From positions 1-11,872 of the forward strand of contig JAYEOX010000120.1 in NCBI GenBank assembly GCA_034723415.1: DNA of 11,872 nucleotides, given 5' to 3'. Both the position numbers and the translations under genes were made by a program. The notes under the pieces were generated by a model, which worked only from the letters and a program-made list of their open reading frames with translations, was not told where the DNA came from and made no database searches. Source of the stretch: Fidelibacterota bacterium. Its GTDB lineage: Bacteria; Fidelibacterota; Fidelibacteria; Fidelibacterales; Fidelibacteraceae. This document shows, in pieces, positions 7,189 through 11,872 of the stretch (the first letter of the stretch is position 1; every line of letters begins with the position of its first letter).

Positions 7189-8058
7189 GTGATATATAAT
7201 ATAATAGTTTTAGTAAAACAAGTTCCGGATACAAAAAATATAACGGTTGATGCAATGAAGCCGGATGGCACGGTAAATAGAGCCGCATTGCCAACCATTT
7301 TCAATCCGGAAGATCTAAATGCTTTGGAAGAAGCTTTAAAAATAAAAGATGAATATGGGGCAAAAATCACCGTTCTTACAATGGGACCGCCGAATGCTGC
7401 TGATGTATTACGACAATCATTGTTTCTCGGAGCTGATGATGTGATCCTGCTTTCCGACAGGAAATTTGCAGCAGCAGATACTTTAGCAACTTCTTATGCT
7501 TTATCACTTGCTATAAAAAAAATCGGTAAATTTGATTTGATAATCGGAGGCAGGCAGGCAATTGACGGAGATACAGCTCAAGTTGGCCCTCAAACAGCAG
7601 AAAAACTAAAAATTAATCAAGTAACTTGTGTTGATGATATTGTGAAATTAACCAATGATAACATCACAGTAAGCAGAACTACCGATCATGGATTTGAAAC
7701 ATTAAAGGCAAAGTTACCAATTCTGCTTACAATTACATCTGAAGCAAATATTCCACGTCCACCATCTGTTAAGAAAACATTAACATATAAAAACGCTATT
7801 TCTTTAATCGAAAAACATGATTATGATGAGAAATATTTACATTCTAATGATATTAACAAACCATTCATTATTACTACTTGGAATCATGAAGACATCAATG
7901 CAAAAATTGATCAATGTGGATTAAGTGGATCACCAACACAGGTGAAACAGATAAAAAATATCGTTCTTGAGGTTGGGGAATCCAAAGAAATCGAAAATTC
8001 AGATATTGGGATTAAATCATTAATTTCTGAATTACTATCCGAACATATTATTGGATAA
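7189..8058 (+). CDS. etfB: Electron transfer flavoprotein beta subunit (FixA family)
   Basis: VLVKQVPDT, NPEDLNALEEAL, TMGPP, DRKFAAADTLATS, GRQAIDGDTAQVGPQ and GLSGSPT. Start reassigned from 7021 to the in-frame GTG at 7189, which follows GGAGG (7180-7184). Confidence 0.96.
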   Translation: MIYNIIVLVKQVPDTKNITVDAMKPDGTVNRAALPTIFNPEDLNALEEALKIKDEYGAKITVLTMGPPNAADVLRQSLFLGADDVILLSDRKFAAADTLATSYALSLAIKKIGKFDLIIGGRQAIDGDTAQVGPQTAEKLKINQVTCVDDIVKLTNDNITVSRTTDHGFETLKAKLPILLTITSEANIPRPPSVKKTLTYKNAISLIEKHDYDEKYLHSNDINKPFIITTWNHEDINAKIDQCGLSGSPTQVKQIKNIVLEVGESKEIENSDIGIKSLISELLSEHIIG

Positions 8059-8154
8059 AAAGGGGAGAATTACGAAAATACCTATAGAGTAAATGAAATT
8101 ATTCCAGTGAAACAATTAATGAATAAATTACAACAAGAATATAATGAAGAATAA
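8059..8154 (+). pseudogene. Possible remnant of a deleted nitronate monooxygenase/FabK-like gene
   Basis: Open frame ...NTYRVNEIIPVKQLMNKLQQEYNEE* resembles, from memory, the C-terminus of that family. An orphan SD (AGGGGAG) is followed by ACG-AAA-ATA-CCT. Confidence 0.45.
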
Positions 8155-8184
8155 AATTGTATGAAATTAATAGAAGGAAATTAA

Positions 8185-9210
8185 ATGAATTCAAATGAAG
8201 TGTGGACATATATTGAGATACATAATGGAAAAATAGCCGATGTTTCCTTAGAATTACTCGGGAAAGCACAAGATCTTGCTAAAAAATTATCTGTAAAATG
8301 TGGTGCTATTTTACTTGGTGAAAATCTAAATACTTACTATGAAATGCTTTTTCAATATGGTGCTGATATTATTTATTCTGCCGAAGATTCAATTTTGAAA
8401 AAATATGCACCTTTACCCTATACAAAAACGGTTTGTGAAATTATTGAAAAGTATGAACCGCAAATTGTTTTATACGGTGCGACCGTTAACGGAAGAGATC
8501 TTGCTCCTCGCATTGCTTCAAAATTAAAAGTCGGGCTTACAGCGGATTGCACTGAATTACAAATCGGCGATTATGAAAAAAAGCAAAAGGGGAAAGTAAA
8601 AAAGTATAAAAATATTCTCTATCAAATCAGACCTGCATTTGGTGGAAATATTATCGCTACGATTGTTAGCCCAAATCACCGTCCGCAAATGGCAACAGTT
8701 CGACCGGGAGTTATGAAAATCAACAAACATGATAAATCAAATTCCGGAAAAGTTATTAATATAAAAACAGATATCCCACAAGAGCTTCTTATTACAGAAA
8801 TAATTGAAATTATTAAAAAAGAAAAAACCGTTGATTTGAATTCATCTTCGATTATCGTTTCAGGTGGAATGGGTGTTGGTTCTAAAGAAAATTTTCAATT
8901 GATCCACAAATTAGCGAAAACACTGGGTGGTGTCGTCGGAGCTTCTCGTGCGGCGGTTGATGCGGGATTCATAAATTCCGATCATCAAGTTGGGCAAACC
9001 GGAACGACTGTTCAACCAAAATTATATATTGCTGCCGGAATTTCCGGACAGATCCAACACATTGCCGGAATGAGTAATTCAAACCGAATAATTGCAATTA
9101 ATACCGATAAAGATGCGCCTATATTTCAAATTGCAAATTATGGAATTGTTGGTGATTTGAATGAAGTAATTCCAAAGTTAATAGAAACATTTAAAAAATT
9201 AAAAAAATAG
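8185..9210 (+). CDS. etfA: Electron transfer flavoprotein alpha subunit (FixB family)
   Basis: GRDLAPRIA, GLTADCT, RPAFGGN, PQMATVRPG, GASRAAVDAG, QVGQTG and GISGQIQH motifs. Confidence 0.97.
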   Translation: MNSNEVWTYIEIHNGKIADVSLELLGKAQDLAKKLSVKCGAILLGENLNTYYEMLFQYGADIIYSAEDSILKKYAPLPYTKTVCEIIEKYEPQIVLYGATVNGRDLAPRIASKLKVGLTADCTELQIGDYEKKQKGKVKKYKNILYQIRPAFGGNIIATIVSPNHRPQMATVRPGVMKINKHDKSNSGKVINIKTDIPQELLITEIIEIIKKEKTVDLNSSSIIVSGGMGVGSKENFQLIHKLAKTLGGVVGASRAAVDAGFINSDHQVGQTGTTVQPKLYIAAGISGQIQHIAGMSNSNRIIAINTDKDAPIFQIANYGIVGDLNEVIPKLIETFKKLKK

Positions 9211-9233
9211 ATCAATAGTATAAGGATATAAAT

Positions 9234-10958
9234 ATGCCAAATTTTTTTAAAGACAATGATGATCTGATATTTCATTTTAAACATATCGACTTAAATAAAA
9301 TTATTGAATTTAGAGAAGATAATTTTACAGAAGCTAATAAATATGGATATGCGCCAAAAAATCTAAATGATGCAAAAGATTCATATAAAAGAATTTTACA
9401 AATCGTAGGGCAAATTACCGGTGATGTTATTGAACCAAATGCTGCAGAAGTAGATGAAATCGGAGCAAAATTTAAAAATGGTGAGGTAACTTACGCACCC
9501 GGAACAAAAGTTGGACTTGACGCAATGAGAAAGGCTGATTTAATGGGATTTACTGTTCCGCGAAAATACGGGGGAATAAATGCGCCGATGACATTATATT
9601 GTATGGCAATTGAGATGACATCTCGTGCCGATGCCGGATTTATGAATATTTTCGGTTTACAGAGCAATATTGCAGATACGATCTATAAATATGCCGATGA
9701 AAAATTGAAAGATAAATATCTGCCAATATTATGTAAAGAAAATGTTACTTCATCAATGGCACTGACCGAACCTGATGCGGGGAGTGATCTTCAAGCTGTA
9801 ATGTTAAAAGCACATCAAAATGAATCCGGGCAGTGGTTTTTGAACGGAGTAAAAAGGTTTATAACAAATGGTAAGGGTGAAATTTCATTGGTATTAGCTC
9901 GCAGTGAAGCGGGAAGTGAAGACGGTCGCGGACTTTCAATGTTTCTCTATGAACGAGATGATAAGATGAAAATTCGTAGAATAGAAAACAAATTGGGTAT
10001 TCACGGATCACCAACTTGCGAACTGCAATTCAACGATGCCCCCGTATATCTAATTGGTAAAAGAAGAATGGGATTAATAAAATATGTAATGTCTTTGATG
10101 AATGAAGCGAGAATTGGTATTGCCGCACAGTCATTGGGAATCGCAGAAGCAGCATATCGCGAAGCAAAACAATATTCAGAAGAGAGAAAACAGTTCAAAC
10201 AACCAATCAAAAATTTTATTGCTGTCAGCGAATTGCTTGGAAATATGAAAGTGAAAATTGAAGCCGGAAGATCACTATTATACGAAACAGCAGTAATTGT
10301 AGATATGAAAAATAGTATTGAAGAACATATTAAAAAGTATCCGGATGAAAATAAAAAATATCGTAAAGAATTAAAAAAATATACTGCTTATTCAAATATG
10401 TTGACACCGATCGTGAAAGCATTTAATACAGAAATGTCAAATGAGGTTGCTTATGACGGAATTCAAATTCATGGTGGAACCGGCTATATGAAAGAGTTTA
10501 ATGCAGAAAGGCATTTCAGAGATGCAAGAATTACAAACATCTACGAAGGCACAACCCAACTTCAAGTAGTCGCTGCAATTGGTGGAATTATGAAAGGAGT
10601 TTTTGAAAATCTTATTGACGAATATGAGGAAAATAATGATTTTAATTCTCTTGAAATATTTCATAAACAAGTTCAGGCGATGGCGAGTCAAGCGAAAGAT
10701 ACGATTGATTTTATCAAAGAAAATAACGATAAAGATTTTCAATCATATCATGCAAGACGACTTGTAGAAATGAGCACAAAAGTAATAATTGGCTATCTGT
10801 TTTTAAGAGATGCAAATCACTCAGAAAGAAAAAAAGACGTTTTGAAATATTTCTTGGAATTTGCAATGCCGGAAGTAAAAATGAAGAGTAAAATTATTTT
10901 AAATAAAACAAAATCATTTTTAGAAAACAAATCAACAATTTTAGAAAATAAAAATTAA
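9234..10958 (+). CDS. Acyl-CoA dehydrogenase family protein (long form with N- and C-terminal extensions)
   Basis: 574 aa with ALTEPDAGSD, LNGVKRFIT, KLGIHGSPTCEL, ARIGIAAQ, RKQF, QIHGGTGY and RDARITNIYEGT (catalytic Glu) motifs. Confidence 0.96.
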   Translation: MPNFFKDNDDLIFHFKHIDLNKIIEFREDNFTEANKYGYAPKNLNDAKDSYKRILQIVGQITGDVIEPNAAEVDEIGAKFKNGEVTYAPGTKVGLDAMRKADLMGFTVPRKYGGINAPMTLYCMAIEMTSRADAGFMNIFGLQSNIADTIYKYADEKLKDKYLPILCKENVTSSMALTEPDAGSDLQAVMLKAHQNESGQWFLNGVKRFITNGKGEISLVLARSEAGSEDGRGLSMFLYERDDKMKIRRIENKLGIHGSPTCELQFNDAPVYLIGKRRMGLIKYVMSLMNEARIGIAAQSLGIAEAAYREAKQYSEERKQFKQPIKNFIAVSELLGNMKVKIEAGRSLLYETAVIVDMKNSIEEHIKKYPDENKKYRKELKKYTAYSNMLTPIVKAFNTEMSNEVAYDGIQIHGGTGYMKEFNAERHFRDARITNIYEGTTQLQVVAAIGGIMKGVFENLIDEYEENNDFNSLEIFHKQVQAMASQAKDTIDFIKENNDKDFQSYHARRLVEMSTKVIIGYLFLRDANHSERKKDVLKYFLEFAMPEVKMKSKIILNKTKSFLENKSTILENKN

Positions 10959-10970
10959 AGAGAAAATAAT

Positions 10971-11198
10971 ATGTTAGATCAAGAAAAAATTAAAAAAGTT
11001 TTAAACAGTATTAGACCGTCCTTACAAATGGATGGTGGTGATGTTGAACTAATTAAAATTCGCGATGACAATATTGTAGAAGTAAAATTAAAAGGAGCAT
11101 GTGGCGGTTGTCCGATGGCGACAATGACTTTGAAAATGGGAATTGAAAAAGAGATGCAAAGACAAATTCCTGAAGTTAAGGAAGTTGTTTCTGTTTAG
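10971..11198 (+). CDS. Nfu/NifU C-terminal-domain Fe-S cluster carrier protein
   Basis: 75 aa with IRPSLQMDGGDVEL, GACGGCP (CxxC) and TLKMGIE. It starts 12 bp after the dehydrogenase stop. Confidence 0.95.
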   Translation: MLDQEKIKKVLNSIRPSLQMDGGDVELIKIRDDNIVEVKLKGACGGCPMATMTLKMGIEKEMQRQIPEVKEVVSV

Positions 11199-11218
11199 AG
11201 AGGAAAGTAAGAATAACA

Positions 11219-11361
11219 CATAATTAGGATATATCCTAATTATATCAGTTTTATTGTTATAGTTAGGATATATACTAACTATAATGTATTTATTGCTGTA
11301 GTTAGGATATAAACTCACTATAATGTATTTTTAGCTGTAGTTAGGATATAAACTAAATATA
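11219..11361. repeat. Tandem array with a 39-bp period; three full units and one partial palindromic unit
   Basis: TTAGGATATA recurs at 11224, 11263, 11302 and 11341. Each unit contains a TATAGTTAG-N8-CTAACTATA-like inverted repeat. Confidence 0.92.
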
Positions 11362-11393
11362 TAGTTTTCAATAATCAATTGTTTTTTACTACT

Positions 11394-11734
11394 TGAAACA
11401 CCCCGAAAATTCAAGATAAATAAAATATTCTAATTATGTTTTTATTAATTTAACGATTTATGGAGTAAAATAACCGTGTTATTTTATTAAATTTCGGAGA
11501 AATTTAAATATGATGGCAAATTAATGGAATATTTGAAAAAAAAGCTTCACTTTTTTGCATTAACACACCTGTCCGCCTTTGGCGGAGTTAATGCACTCCA
11601 AAAAAAACAAAGCAATCTATTAATAAAATAAATTAATATGATAATATTAAAAAAAATTTAAAAATATTATTTATGTAACATGCTATGCTATCAATAGTTA
11701 TACGAATTATCTTCGTTTTTTTCGGGGTGTTTCA
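11394..11734. mobile_element. 341-bp element bounded by terminal inverted repeats (MITE-like or invertible segment)
   Basis: TGAAACACCCCGAAAA (11394-11409) and its exact reverse complement TTTTCGGGGTGTTTCA (11719-11734), extending imperfectly inward to AAGATAA/TTATCTT. No transposase ORF and no clear target-site duplication. Confidence 0.65.
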
Positions 11735-11872
11735 GTTTGTCCCTACAACATCATCAAACCCAAACCATTTTTTAAATAGTTTAATAATCTGAGTTTTCAT
11801 TAATTCTATATTTTGTTCTTTGCCTGATATTTTTTTAATTGATGTAACACCCTTATCTTGAATCCCACAAGG
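11732..11872 (-). CDS. lipB: Lipoyl(octanoyl) transferase, C-terminal end; truncated by the right window edge
   Basis: Not in the ORF track. Manual translation gives PCGIQDKGVTSIKKISGKEQNIELMKTQIIKLFKKWFGFDDVVGTN*. PCG...VTS is the LipB catalytic-cysteine motif. Confidence 0.85.
   Translation of the reverse strand, partial: PCGIQDKGVTSIKKISGKEQNIELMKTQIIKLFKKWFGFDDVVGTN

Noticed and set aside
5511..10742. Minus-strand ORFs at 5511-5720, 7128-7370, 10001-10210 and 10437-10742
   Set aside because: Antisense to rho, etfB and the acyl-CoA dehydrogenase.
11088..11318. 76-aa minus-strand ORF with a 13-aa YPNY repeat
   Set aside because: A by-product of the 39-bp period. The same frame has a TAA in the next unit upstream, and the ORF runs antisense into the Nfu gene.
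11219..11361. CRISPR array interpretation of the 39-bp repeats
   Set aside because: The linkers are only 13 bp and similar to each other, the repeats are degenerate, and no cas genes are in the window.
11524..11631. 35-codon ORF inside the inverted-repeat element (MEYLKKKLHFFALTHLSAFGGVNALQKKQSNLLIK)
   Set aside because: No clear RBS and no recognisable motif; it runs through a hairpin better explained as nucleic-acid structure.

Overview
AT-rich (roughly 30% GC by eye) bacterial chromosomal region made up mostly of cofactor and housekeeping genes. Minus strand: an FMN-riboswitch-controlled riboflavin operon (ribD, riboflavin synthase, ribBA, ribH), followed by a fumarylacetoacetate-hydrolase-family gene that runs off the left edge. 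Divergent from it is rho, with a perfect sigma70 promoter. Next come a convergent biotin protein ligase, a plus-strand etfB-etfA-acyl-CoA dehydrogenase-Nfu cluster, and the 3' end of a convergent lipB at the right edge. The unexplained structure is non-coding. (i) A 341-bp segment is bounded by 16-bp perfect inverted repeats, is packed with hairpins and supplies the lipB stop codon. (ii) An adjacent array of four palindromic units has a 39-bp period. (iii) Short repeat families fill most intergenic gaps, including one repeat apparently inserted into another. (iv) A probable deleted-gene scar lies between etfB and etfA. (v) The riboswitch has a readable terminator/RBS-sequestering switch and a variant L2 loop. 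All calls are by eye; no searches were run.
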